This document shows positions 1 through 9,753 of a stretch of DNA of 64,000 nt, one piece after another. The stretch comes from Octopus vulgaris. Taxonomy: Eukaryota. The stretch lies in assembly GCA_951406725.2 (NCBI GenBank), contig OX597814.1, forward strand, positions 9,672,001 to 9,736,000, given 5' to 3'. Made by a program: the position numbers and the translations under genes. The notes below the pieces were generated by a model. That model made no database searches and was not told the DNA's origin. It saw only the letters and a list, made by a program, of their open reading frames with translations. Each line of letters begins with the position of its first letter. Position 1 is the first letter of the stretch.

Positions 1-459
1 CTCTACGAGGTCATTTTCGCTATTCATTCTTTCGGGGTTGATGAAATAAAGCACCAAGGTGCCTTGCGGTATTTATTCCTGCCCTTTCTGTTTTGATGTT
101 TTGGGTGGTAGGGGTTGAAATTCCCTACTTGAATCGTACAAGCATTCAGACCAGGTTTTCTGTTTGAGGATAGATTTATCTCTTCCTTCCTTCCTTCCTT
201 CCTTTCATTTGTATCTGAGGTCCTTTGATAGAATTGTTAGGGCGCTCTTTGGGTTCTGAGTTCTTAGGGAGTTGACTTTATCCTTTCAAGTACTGCTGTA
301 AATAGCGCAATTGAGCTAGAACGTTAAAACTTAGTGCACATGTTCAGCAGAGTTCAAGGTCAGTCTGTGCCAAGCGGCTTATTCTGCGTACTTTGCTTCG
401 TTACTAGTGCAACAATCCAGGTATTGAGTGATCAGACCACCTATACGTATATATATTTA

Positions 460-650
460 TGTGTGTGTGTGTGTGTGTGTGTGTTTTCACCCCACCCCCC
501 ACTTGACAGCCGATGTAGTGTGTTTGCGTCCCCATAACTTACAGGTTCGGCAAAGGTGTCGATTTCTTCAACTAAAAATCCTTTAAAAGCGGTGCTCCAG
601 CATGGCCGCAGTCAAATGACTGAAATAAGTAAAGGAATAAAGGAATTAAA
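460..650 (+). mobile_element. SINE family B, 3' part
   Basis: GGCGGTGCTCCAGCATGGCCGCAGTCAAATGACTGAAA tail shared with full copies. Confidence 0.8.
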
Positions 651-744
651 CAAATATCAAACATGGTAAACATATATAAAAATGCTTTTTTAAGAAAATT
701 GCCCGATTTTACTGAAATAGATATTCAATTCTGGGACACCCTGT

Positions 745-988
745 AGAGTGGATCTCAGTCGTTTGATCAACTAAATTTCCGACTCTGGTAAGTGGCTGAG
801 CATTCCGTAGACAAGAGTATTTTTATGCAGAATCAACGTGTTAGGGGTGTAACAAGGCCGTACATTTCTGAATTATGAAAAAAAAAATCATCTTTGCTCA
901 GGGACACAACGCGCTGTTCGGTCCAGGAATCGAACCCGTGACTTCATGATCATGAGTCCAACACCATAACCATCAGGCTAAGCACCCA
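745..988 (-). mobile_element. Degenerate tRNA-SINE (C-type head, D-type tail)
   Basis: Similar to 32852-33160. B-box-like GGTTCGATTCC on the minus strand. Confidence 0.65.
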
Positions 989-1251
989 GTGATGCCATGC
1001 AAGGTAAACTCCCGCCCCTCCTCAAATACTCTCACCGCAAATCAGTGGCAGTAGATAACAGGTATAAGAAATATAGCAATACTAACTTGTATACATACAC
1101 ACACACATATTTATACATCCATCCATATACGTACATACATACACACACACACATATGTATGTATATATATTTGTTGTGTTAAATGATGAGGTCAACAGGA
1201 GTCAGCGATATCAAATAGATATATCTGTCACCAGTCCACTCAAACAAAGAG

Positions 1252-1317
<66 letters not shown>

Positions 1318-1547
1318 TCAGGCAGGCACAAACATTGATTTACATACACATACATATTTACATAATGTTATTTTCTGAGGAAAACAAAAGTTTTACTGAA
1401 CGTAATCTGAGACTAAATAGACATTATCATTGCTGACTGAAAGATCCACTTAGAGAAAGATGATGGCCCAGTGTGGCATCGGCGTCGGCGTAGCGTTGCA
1501 GCCAAATGTATTTCTCTACTGGTATTGTTGTCAGTTACTAAAGGCGG

Positions 1548-1894
1548 TTATGAAGGCGCATGGCTCAGTGGTTAGAGCGTCGAGCTTACGATCGTGAGGT
1601 TGTGAGCTCGAATCCCGGACCGGGCTGCGTGTTGTGTTCTTGAGCAAGACACTTTATTTCACGTTGCTCCAGTTCACTCAGCTGTAGAAATGAGTTGCGA
1701 CGTCACGGGTGCCAAGCTGTATCGGCCTTTGCCTTTCCCTTGGACAACATCGGTGACGTGGAGAGGGGAGGCTGGTATGCATGGGCGACTACTGGTCTTC
1801 CATAAAACAACCTTGCCCAGACTTGTGCCTCAGAGGGTAACTCTCTAGGTGCAAACCCATGGTCACTCATGACCGAAGGGGGTCTTTACCCCCT
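1548..1894 (+). mobile_element. tRNA-derived SINE, family C, inserted in the 5' end of a family-A SINE
   Basis: A box TGGCTCAGTGG, B-box-like GCTCGAATCCC, central TTGAGCAAGACACTT...CACTCAGCTGTA block. 13-bp TSD TTACTAAAGGCGG at 1535-1547 and 1895-1907. Confidence 0.9.
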
Positions 1895-1900
1895 TTACTA

Positions 1901-2080
1901 AAGGCGGCGAGCTGGCAGAAACGTTAGCACGTCGGGCGACATGCGTAGCCGTATTTCGTCTGCCGTTACGTTCTGAGTTCAAATTCCTCCGAGGTCGACT
2001 TTGCTTTTCATCCTTTCAGGGTCGATAAATTAAGTACCAGTTACGCACTGGGGTCGATGTAATCGACTTAATCCGTTTGT
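1901..2080 (+). mobile_element. tRNA-derived SINE, family A (3'-truncated)
   Basis: AAGGCGGCGAGCTGGCAGAA...GAGTTCAAATTCC...CATCCTTTC; near-identical to copies at 22341, 26059, 39106, 63768. Confidence 0.9.
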
Positions 2081-2599
2081 TTGTTGTTTTGGCGTTCTAA
2101 TCTTGATTATCACATGTTTTAGTTTGTATATCAGGGTCTATATTTTCCATGCCTGCACCCATATATATGCGCATACATATGTACATACATGCATATATGT
2201 GCATGCATGCATACATACAAAAATGACTAGTCAGTTGATGTCGTCGAAATTCCAAGGAAAGAGCCATGTCTCTGAACTAGGAACCAGTTCTTCATTACTT
2301 ATGGTATTGAGGTGTAATTTGAGAGAGATTACGGTACCTACTTTTTGTTAGTCGCTCCTCGATGGTTCCTGCAGATTCTGGTAATGTGTATAGCAGGGAT
2401 GCAGTCAGAGCGCGATTGTTGCTCTTTCTCTACGCTTAACATTGTTTAGCAACCTTGTGAGGCTTAATGAAACAATTGAAACTGCTACTATTTCGCCTTC
2501 TTCCTCTGTGTATGTATACGTACATTCGTGTGTATGTGCGCGCGCACGCGTTTGATGTTTGTTCTAGGTGAGTGGAATATTTTGGGATGCTGTTGTAAT

Positions 2600-2846
2600 A
2601 GAATTAGGTATTGTAGATACGTCCGGTTGAATGAAAGGGGTTTTTCGTGTAGGGACTCGGAAAGGTATAATTTGCTGTAACAATAAACTGCGCTTCCCGC
2701 ATGTTCATGGAGGTTTTTAATTTATAGTATTTATGTTTCATTTTATGTGGTCAGGGAAAATGGCATAACACAACGGTGAATCTAAAGTACTGTTAGTACT
2801 CTGTTGCTTCGTCTGTTGACCAAATGTAGTATCTGTGTGCACTCTC
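2600..2846 (-). pseudogene. Old LINE (I/Nimb/RTEX-like) ORF2 relic, post-RT part
   Basis: Minus-strand translation joins across the SINE as ...RRNILRV|HTDTTFGQQ..., typical of the post-RT region of I-like LINEs. Heavily decayed. Confidence 0.55.
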
Positions 2847-3067
2847 TCTCTCTCTCTTTTACTCTTTTACTTGTTTCAGTCATTTGACTGCGGCCATGCT
2901 GGAGCACCGCCTTTGGTCGAATAAATCGACCCCGGGACTTATTCTTTGTAAGCCCAGTACTTATTCTATCGGTCTCTTTTGCCGAACCGCTAAGTGACGG
3001 GGACGTAAACACACCAGCACCGGTTGTCAAGCACAGACACACAAACACAGGGACAAACACAGACACA

Positions 3068-3126
<59 letters not shown>

Positions 3127-3512
3127 ATATATATATATATATACGACAGGCTTCTTTCAGTTTCCGTCTACCAAATCCACTCACAAAGCTTTAGTCGGTC
3201 CGAGGCTATAGTAGAAGACACTTGCCCAAGATGCCACGCAGTGGGACTGAACCCGGAATCATGTTGTTGGTTAGCAAGCTACTTTATTTCATATAATTTG
3301 CCATTTAGGCATTTACAAAGAGGGGACAAACAAGGACAGACAAATATAAAGGGTGAAGTAGCTTAACACAGTTACAATTTTCGAATGAAATTACGGATAA
3401 GATTATAAACAATGAATTTTACGAAGGCAATGTTTAAAAATATTAATGATCATGTCGAAGGACGGACACCCAGCCATCCGGGTAGAACCTTTACTTTCTG
3501 ATCCGGTCACAC

Positions 3513-6500
3513 TTACCTGGTGCCAAACATACCCATCTTGTATGCCACAGGCTTCCATCTTTTCACAAACATATCTCGTGACAGACACCTCTTCTCCAGC
3601 CTGATTTTGCTACTGAGGTGGTAACTAAAAAAGTTAATCAACCCCTGGCCGGAGACAAAGGTGCCTGTCACTATACCTTTCGTACGCGTCTTCCATACTG
3701 TTTCTTTCAGTATGGCTACTACACAGAAAAAACAAGCCTTTCTTTCCCTGTTAAGGAAAGGGGGCGGCACAATCTCGATGATAGACTCAGCTGATAGCTG
3801 TACTCTTCCCATCACTGACAACAGTTGTTCTACAAAAGCTATCAGTCCCGATAACTCCGGACACTCCACGAATGCGTGCAAGACGGTCTCCCTATTCTGC
3901 TCACATCGCGGGCATGTCGGCGAGACGGCACTACCGTGCCTTGACAGCTTGTCGCGAACAGGTAAAGCCGCACGGAAACATTGCCAGGCTAGGGATTTCT
4001 GGTAATTATCCAGATACCCCGGCCCGAACGTCCTCCGGAACAGGTTGATCAACTGATTTTCATCGTAGCCCAGGGTCTCCCCCAAGGCGTCTTCGGACTT
4101 AATCTCCACTAACCCGCTATAGAAATCCGTGGTGGAACTCCTGTTGCCGGCGTTGCCCACCCGAGATAGTAGCTGGAGCGCCTGACGGCACTCCAAATGC
4201 CATTCACTCAGTTTAGGTCTCCGCTTGATCCATGCACCGATGTCCGTTAGGGATGTTAACTGGGGAAGGTAGAACCGGACGTGCGGCGACCACACCTGCT
4301 CTCCATCCAGGTAAAGCCAGAGGTGCCTCAACCTTAACGCGAGTTTTCGCATCCTCAGCCAAGGCATCCCTAGCCCACCCTTTAGCGGTTTCTGGCAGCA
4401 GACAGAGCGCTTTACAAGTGGCTTTCCTCCTTTCCACAAAAATCGGAAAAGGATTCTCTCCAACTTGTTCAGCCACAAATCGGGGCAAGGCACCACGGTC
4501 AAACGGTAGGTGATTACTGATGCTATAAACATCTGCACCACCTCCGCCTTCCCTAGCAGGGATAACGCCCGCCCAGACCAGGTCTGGGTTAGAGCGGTCA
4601 CCTTGTTGGCCACCTCACTCCAATTTTTCTCAATCTGGAGGTCTGGCCCGAACCAGACTCCGAGCAGCTTAACAGGACCTTCCGTCCAACGCCCTACGAC
4701 GTTATTGGACGGCATCGGCTTGCCCCTCCAGGTGCCGAGTTGCAAACCGACCGACTTGTCCTTGTTAACCTTTGCTCCTGCCACCGCCTCGTAGCTTTTT
4801 ATGGCCTCTTCCACCACTGGAAGCTGGCCTTCGTCTGCCACGATGATGGAGGTGTCATCCGCATACGCCGTAGCTCCTCTTCCACACCATAGATCATGCG
4901 GCGCGCCCCCTAGTGCCTCCAACTTCCGCAGCAAAGGCTCAAGAGCCAATACGTATAGGAGCGAGGACAGGGGACACCCTTGACGAACTGAACGCTCGAT
5001 CCTGAACGGCTTCGAAAAGGAACCGTTCACCTTGACTACAGACTCGATGTCGCTATACAAAGCAGCGATCCAACCTCGAAAGGTCGGGCCTAGGCCAGCC
5101 TCTCCGAGGACCGCCGCCAGGTACCGATGGTCGACCCTATCAAATGCTTTGGACTGGTCTAAATGTATCAGTGCTCCCCCTGCGCCAGAAAGCTTCCCCA
5201 CCCTCTCTAAGGAGTAGCGTATAAGGTGGAGATTGTCGTGGATCGTTCTGCCGGGGATAGCGCACGTTTGCGCTTCCCCGACAAGTTTGTCCACGACCCG
5301 CGCCAACCTTTTTGCTAGCACCTTGGCCAGAATCTTTAACTCTGTGTTTAACAGAGTTATGGGCCTGAAGTTCCCTATCTCGTCCCCCTTGTTCGGGTCC
5401 TTCCTGATCAAGGTCACCGCCCCCCGGCTCGCAGACTTGGGAATTCTCCCATTCTGCTGCCAGTTGGCGTAGACGCTAGCCAGCAGGTGCCCGAACAAGT
5501 TTGGCATACTTCTATAAAATTCATAGGGCAGACCATCGAGACCCGGCGACTTCTCCCCGGGGCACTTGCCCAACACCTCGATTACTTCCTCGGCTGTGAT
5601 TGGCCCTTCACAGCACTCAGCCTCTCGTGTCGAGAGGCGCGGACCACCAGACAGGAAGTCCCTAAGGGCCTCACCATGATCCAGCGTCCCGCACCTCCCG
5701 AACAACTCGGCGAAGTGCTTGTGGAGTGCCTCACACATCTCGTCCCGCTTCTTGATCGTGCATCCGTTTTCATCAACAAGAGACCCAATTGTGGCATCGT
5801 TTCCACGCTGTGTTTCTATCGTACGGGCCCATCCGGCAACATTAATTCCCTCACGGCCCAATGCTCGTACTTTAGCCCGGACTCTACATCCCTCATGTTT
5901 GGTTTTGAGGTGACGGTCTAATGCCGTTCTCGCCGCTAAAATGTGAGATGCAGAGCCCAACCTCAACGCCTCCTCTAAGTTCTTAACTAGTTGCCCTTCT
6001 ATTCTAGCCCTATCTAGTCTTAGTTGTTTACTAAATCTAATGGACTCGAATCGAATGGCTCTTTTGAGGGTGAACCACCACCGGTTATTAACCACGGCTC
6101 CGGTTAACGCCCTCTGCACTAACACCTTAATCCGGCTACGGTATGCCTCGCGTGTCAAAATAGACTTGTTCAGCTTCCAGTAGCCGGTTCCTATCTTAAG
6201 TGTGCTATCTATGTCCAGTCTACACGTGACCATTCTATGGTCAGTATAGGGCACCTGGACGAGCTGTGGACAACTAAAACTAGACTTATCTCTAGTTCTT
6301 ATCACTATCCTGTCTAGATAAGACTTGAACTTTCCGTCGCCACTCATCCAGGTCCACTCTGGGACGTTCGGATGGTCAAGTCTGTAACGATCTGCTAGCT
6401 GAAACCGCTTAAGCAGATCCACGAGACGTGAGTTCACTTTCCTATAGATCGAGCCAACGCTATCGATGTGTACGTCAACGATAGCATTAAAGTCCCCTAA

Positions 6501-6914
6501 TATCACTAAAGTCTTCGACGTCACGAGAAAGCCCTCTAGGCGCCGATAAAAATCAGTTTGGAAACCTCTAGCACAAGGTGCATAGAGTCCGATCAACCTG
6601 AAGGCCTTACTGCTGTATGTCACATCAAGGACGACCAGCCCACCTTCTGGGTCTACATAGACTGTACTTGTCTGTAGAGCCAAGTCTTTACGGATCAGTA
6701 CCACTACGCCCCCTCGCCCTCCGGTCTGGCCAGGAGACATGATTTTCTCGTAGCCATTCAGGAGAGGCGAGAAGGTTTGTAGGCTGTCCAGCTTGGTCTC
6801 TGTAGCAACCATCACATGTATATCATGTGATCTGAGGTCGTCGAGGAAACAAGCCTGCTTCCACTTCGAACTCAGACCACGCACATTTAAACAACCAAGG
6901 TTAAGCGAAGCCAT
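3513..6914 (-). CDS. ORF2: APE endonuclease - reverse transcriptase - CCHC (zf-RVT-like) polyprotein, 1133 aa
   Basis: APE motifs NVRGL, ETK, GDFN, YLDRI, TDH. RT motifs KSPGLDGLPYEFY, FRPITLLNTELKILAK, DQSKAFDRV, RQGCPLS, YADD. C-terminal CPRC-x8-H-x4-C. No stops or frameshifts. Confidence 0.96.
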   Translation of the reverse strand: MASLNLGCLNVRGLSSKWKQACFLDDLRSHDIHVMVATETKLDSLQTFSPLLNGYEKIMSPGQTGGRGGVVVLIRKDLALQTSTVYVDPEGGLVVLDVTYSSKAFRLIGLYAPCARGFQTDFYRRLEGFLVTSKTLVILGDFNAIVDVHIDSVGSIYRKVNSRLVDLLKRFQLADRYRLDHPNVPEWTWMSGDGKFKSYLDRIVIRTRDKSSFSCPQLVQVPYTDHRMVTCRLDIDSTLKIGTGYWKLNKSILTREAYRSRIKVLVQRALTGAVVNNRWWFTLKRAIRFESIRFSKQLRLDRARIEGQLVKNLEEALRLGSASHILAARTALDRHLKTKHEGCRVRAKVRALGREGINVAGWARTIETQRGNDATIGSLVDENGCTIKKRDEMCEALHKHFAELFGRCGTLDHGEALRDFLSGGPRLSTREAECCEGPITAEEVIEVLGKCPGEKSPGLDGLPYEFYRSMPNLFGHLLASVYANWQQNGRIPKSASRGAVTLIRKDPNKGDEIGNFRPITLLNTELKILAKVLAKRLARVVDKLVGEAQTCAIPGRTIHDNLHLIRYSLERVGKLSGAGGALIHLDQSKAFDRVDHRYLAAVLGEAGLGPTFRGWIAALYSDIESVVKVNGSFSKPFRIERSVRQGCPLSSLLYVLALEPLLRKLEALGGAPHDLWCGRGATAYADDTSIIVADEGQLPVVEEAIKSYEAVAGAKVNKDKSVGLQLGTWRGKPMPSNNVVGRWTEGPVKLLGVWFGPDLQIEKNWSEVANKVTALTQTWSGRALSLLGKAEVVQMFIASVITYRLTVVPCPDLWLNKLERILFRFLWKGGKPLVKRSVCCQKPLKGGLGMPWLRMRKLALRLRHLWLYLDGEQVWSPHVRFYLPQLTSLTDIGAWIKRRPKLSEWHLECRQALQLLSRVGNAGNRSSTTDFYSGLVEIKSEDALGETLGYDENQLINLFRRTFGPGYLDNYQKSLAWQCFRAALPVRDKLSRHGSAVSPTCPRCEQNRETVLHAFVECPELSGLIAFVEQLLSVMGRVQLSAESIIEIVPPPFLNRERKACFFCVVAILKETVWKTRTKGIVTGTFVSGQGLINFFSYHLSSKIRLEKRCLSRDMFVKRWKPVAYKMGMFGTR

Positions 6915-6930
6915 TACAAAAGTAAAGGTT

Positions 6931-8334
6931 CTACTTACATTTCGTTGGAGAGGTAGGGCCCGACCTCACCACACGTTTGTGGGCCCCTTCTTTCTCCTCT
7001 TTCTTCAGATAGTCCGGCAAGTTCGCGATATGCCGGATGGCGTTTGGGTGTCTGTCTTTTAATTGTTTGAACGTTGTTTCCGCAATCCACGCGTGTCTAT
7101 TTCGATCTTTGTATTTGTTGTACAGTCTTGCTGACTGATGCTGAACCACAATATCGTTTATGTATTTGTCTTGTGTGTCGAATTCAATTAATATGAGTTC
7201 ATTTTCTTTTTTGTCTTCTTTTTCTGGGCCAGTTGAGCGGGATTTTTTTTTCCGTGTCTGTGGTGTGTCTTTGTTTTTATTATTTTTTGTAGGGGATGTG
7301 GACGGGGATGCTGCACGAATTCTTTTACGAACTGGTGTAAATCCCCCCTCTGATACCTCCATGGTATCGTCTGTGGTAGCAATAGTTTGTTCGGTAGGCG
7401 CCGCAGTTTTTAGGGGGGTGGGAGGTTTTAATAGTGTAGGGGTTTGTGAGTGCGAGGGCTGGGGTTTTTCTTCAGTCTGTTTTGGGGTTGGCACCGTAAC
7501 AGCAGGAGTGGGATTTTTTGTTTTTGTAGGGGTAGGTGTGTTTGCAAGGGTAGGGACTTTTTTATTATCTGAGGGGCCTGGTGTCTGCGGTTTCTTTTGC
7601 TTGTCTGGACAGTCTACACGAATGTGGCCCTTTTTGCTGCAGGCGTAACAGGTGGGTTTTCGGCCTTCGACCTGTACCCTGAGGGCTACGTTCTCGCCCA
7701 CGAGCACCCTCTCAGGAAGGAGCTGCAGGTCCTCCGCTGTTCCTTGAATTAATATATTAATGTTACGCCCGAGCCAAAATCGAGGGGTAGAGCATGTTAC
7801 TTCTAGTATTTTTATTTTGTCCGCCCTTTTATATAACAGGGCGGCCACTACCTCTACCGGATCTACGTCCGGCGGGGCTTCTACAATCCTGACCCGGGAC
7901 GACCTGCGTCCCCTATAGCTTGGAAAAAGTACCACCTCCTTGGTTTTTAGGGGGTTCACAGAATGCCCGGGGGCCATTTCTTCCCCCGAGAAGCGGACAT
8001 CCACAGTGCCATATGCCCGTCCCCTGGCGACGTACACGATGTCCTTCCAAATCGGGGACAGGCATTTCTCGATGGTGCTTTTTTCAAAGTGTTTGAACCT
8101 TCTGCTTTGTGGACAGAAAGTTTTAAACACTACGGTCCGCTTCTCGGTCTCCACGATACTAGCGGAGGGTGATATTTTAACATCACCACCCTCCTCTTGC
8201 ATTCTTTTAAATAGCTCGACGAGCTGGTTGACATCGATGTCAATCTTCTCGGTAGCCACTGCGGCTACCTCAGAAAATTTTTTAACATTGCTCTCCTCAA
8301 GAGCACTACTTTCGTGAATAATTTCAACAGACAT
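6931..8334 (-). CDS. ORF1: Tx1/L1-type nucleic-acid-binding protein (467 aa from first ATG) with gag-like zinc knuckle and Pro/Thr/Lys-rich tail
   Basis: CYACSKKGHIRVDC = CX2CX4HX4C. Lies directly upstream of ORF2 on the same strand. The track's start at 8358 is non-ATG; the first ATG (MSVEII) is at 8334. Confidence 0.9.
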   Translation of the reverse strand: MSVEIIHESSALEESNVKKFSEVAAVATEKIDIDVNQLVELFKRMQEEGGDVKISPSASIVETEKRTVVFKTFCPQSRRFKHFEKSTIEKCLSPIWKDIVYVARGRAYGTVDVRFSGEEMAPGHSVNPLKTKEVVLFPSYRGRRSSRVRIVEAPPDVDPVEVVAALLYKRADKIKILEVTCSTPRFWLGRNINILIQGTAEDLQLLPERVLVGENVALRVQVEGRKPTCYACSKKGHIRVDCPDKQKKPQTPGPSDNKKVPTLANTPTPTKTKNPTPAVTVPTPKQTEEKPQPSHSQTPTLLKPPTPLKTAAPTEQTIATTDDTMEVSEGGFTPVRKRIRAASPSTSPTKNNKNKDTPQTRKKKSRSTGPEKEDKKENELILIEFDTQDKYINDIVVQHQSARLYNKYKDRNRHAWIAETTFKQLKDRHPNAIRHIANLPDYLKKEEKEGAHKRVVRSGPTSPTKCK

Positions 8335-8760
8335 TATTCTGTTGAAATTAGACAACACAAAAATTACGAATATTGGTTTCCCACAAAACTGGGAAACCTA
8401 TAGAAAGTTTTTCTTCCAAAGTAGTTCAAAAAAGCAGTTCAAAAATTCCAATTCCCACCCCCATTCGGGGGAGGGGCACGAAAATAGTCTGGCAGGACTA
8501 TATATAGTCACGTAAATAAAAAGCCACAGTGGCTAACAGTTCAACGGTAAGAAATTATTCAATTATTTCCCGGTAAAACCGGAGAACAAGACAGTTCAGC
8601 AACGTTTAAAGGCAAATTTTCAGTAGTAGGAATTCAACAATTAATAACACACCAAAACTCTTACCGGGAAGAAAACGCGTCCAAACCGTAGTACGGTAGG
8701 CAAAGTCACTCTTCTGTCAGTGAGGTTAGCAAGCTACTTACCACACAGCCACTCCTGCGT

Positions 8761-9350
8761 CACTCTCAGTATATTTCTTCGTCGTTTCACTTGCTTTACG
8801 ATTTCTTTTAAAGTGGATCTTGTGGAATAATTCTAGAAACTTCTAGTATTTTCTGTCTTCAATGGCTCTATGGTATGTTTTGTGTTAAGTGTGGGGATTG
8901 GTTGTATTTAATGTTCAGTAGTGTTGCTAGTATGTTTGATTTGTTAAGTGCAATTCAAGCCTGTTATTTGGTATCCAGATTTTCAGGTGATTTACGTAGG
9001 TTTGGAGTAGATATGATTTCAGCTGCATAAGTAACATAGTTATATGAATAATTTTAACGAGATGTGCGAAGTTCTTACAGGTAGGTAAATGTTGAAAAGA
9101 AACAAAGGTGAGATTACTTTTAAATTTGCAATTCGGAAAATAACATATTTTGGAAATATTGTTTTAGGTTTACATAGGCTAGGATACCTGACAGGTAGTT
9201 TTCTAGCCAATGTTTTGTGTTATTTCTTAAATTGTCGATTGTTTTGTATAGAGTTGATAGCGGAGTGTGTAGTCGGAAGCTTTGCTGATGTAGTTAGAGG
9301 TTAGTCTGTGCGTTTGAGATTTGGTTGATGTTTAAACCATAACCTATTCC
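8761..9350 (-). pseudogene. Old LINE RT relic (same element as 2600-2846)
   Basis: Decayed RT motifs in manual minus-strand translation: ISKA(F)D-like, WLENYLSG, VISPL-FNIYL, VKIISY. Multiple frameshifts. Confidence 0.6.
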
Positions 9351-9367
9351 CACCCTCACACACGATA

Positions 9368-9753
9368 GGCGCAGGAGTGGCTGTGTGGTAAGTAGCTTGC
9401 TAACCAACCACATGGTTCCGGGTTCAGTCCCACTGTGTGGCATCTTAGGAAAGTGTCTTCTGCTATAGCCCCGGGTCGACCAATGCCTTGTGAGTGGATT
9501 TGGTAGACGGAAACTGAAAGAAGCCCGTCGTATATATGTATATATGTATATGTTTGTCTCCCTAGCATTGCTTGACAACCGATGCTGGTGTGTTTACGTC
9601 CCCGTCACTTAGCGTTTCGGCAAAAGAGACCGATAGAATAAGTACTGGGCTTGCAAAAGAATAAGTCCCGGGGTCGAGTTGCTCGACTAAAAGGCGGTGC
9701 TCCAGCATGGCCGCAGTCAAATGACTGAAACAAGTAAAAGAGAGTAAAGAGAG
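9368..9753 (+). mobile_element. SINE family B, full length
   Basis: GGCGCAGGAGTGGCTGTGTGG (A box)...GGGTTCAGTCCC (B box)...internal TA/TG microsatellite...GAAACAAGTAAAAGAG tail. Confidence 0.9.

Larger units (their letters stand above)
3285..8723 (-). mobile_element. Full-length Tx1-clade (L1 group) non-LTR retrotransposon, ~5.4 kb
   Basis: Two intact ORFs (6931-8334, 3513-6914) separated by 16 nt. ~390-nt 5'UTR and ~230-nt 3'UTR. Flanked by a perfect 16-bp direct repeat GGTTAGCAAGCTACTT at 3269-3284 and 8724-8739. Removing the element restores a contiguous SINE head. Confidence 0.95.
2847..8760 (-). mobile_element. tRNA-derived SINE, family B, split by the Tx1 insertion (parts 2847-3284 and 8724-8760)
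   Basis: Matches the other family-B copies (e.g. 9368-9753) across the Tx1 junction. Short direct repeat CACTCTC at 2840-2846 and 8761-8767. Confidence 0.9.

Noticed and set aside
1553-1625. tRNA-like sequences with A/B boxes (also at 9368 and 39746)
   Set aside because: They continue into SINE bodies, several with TSDs; SINE heads, not tRNA genes.
3661-8317. Multiple + strand ORFs of 60-160 aa
   Set aside because: Antisense shadows of Tx1 ORF1/ORF2.
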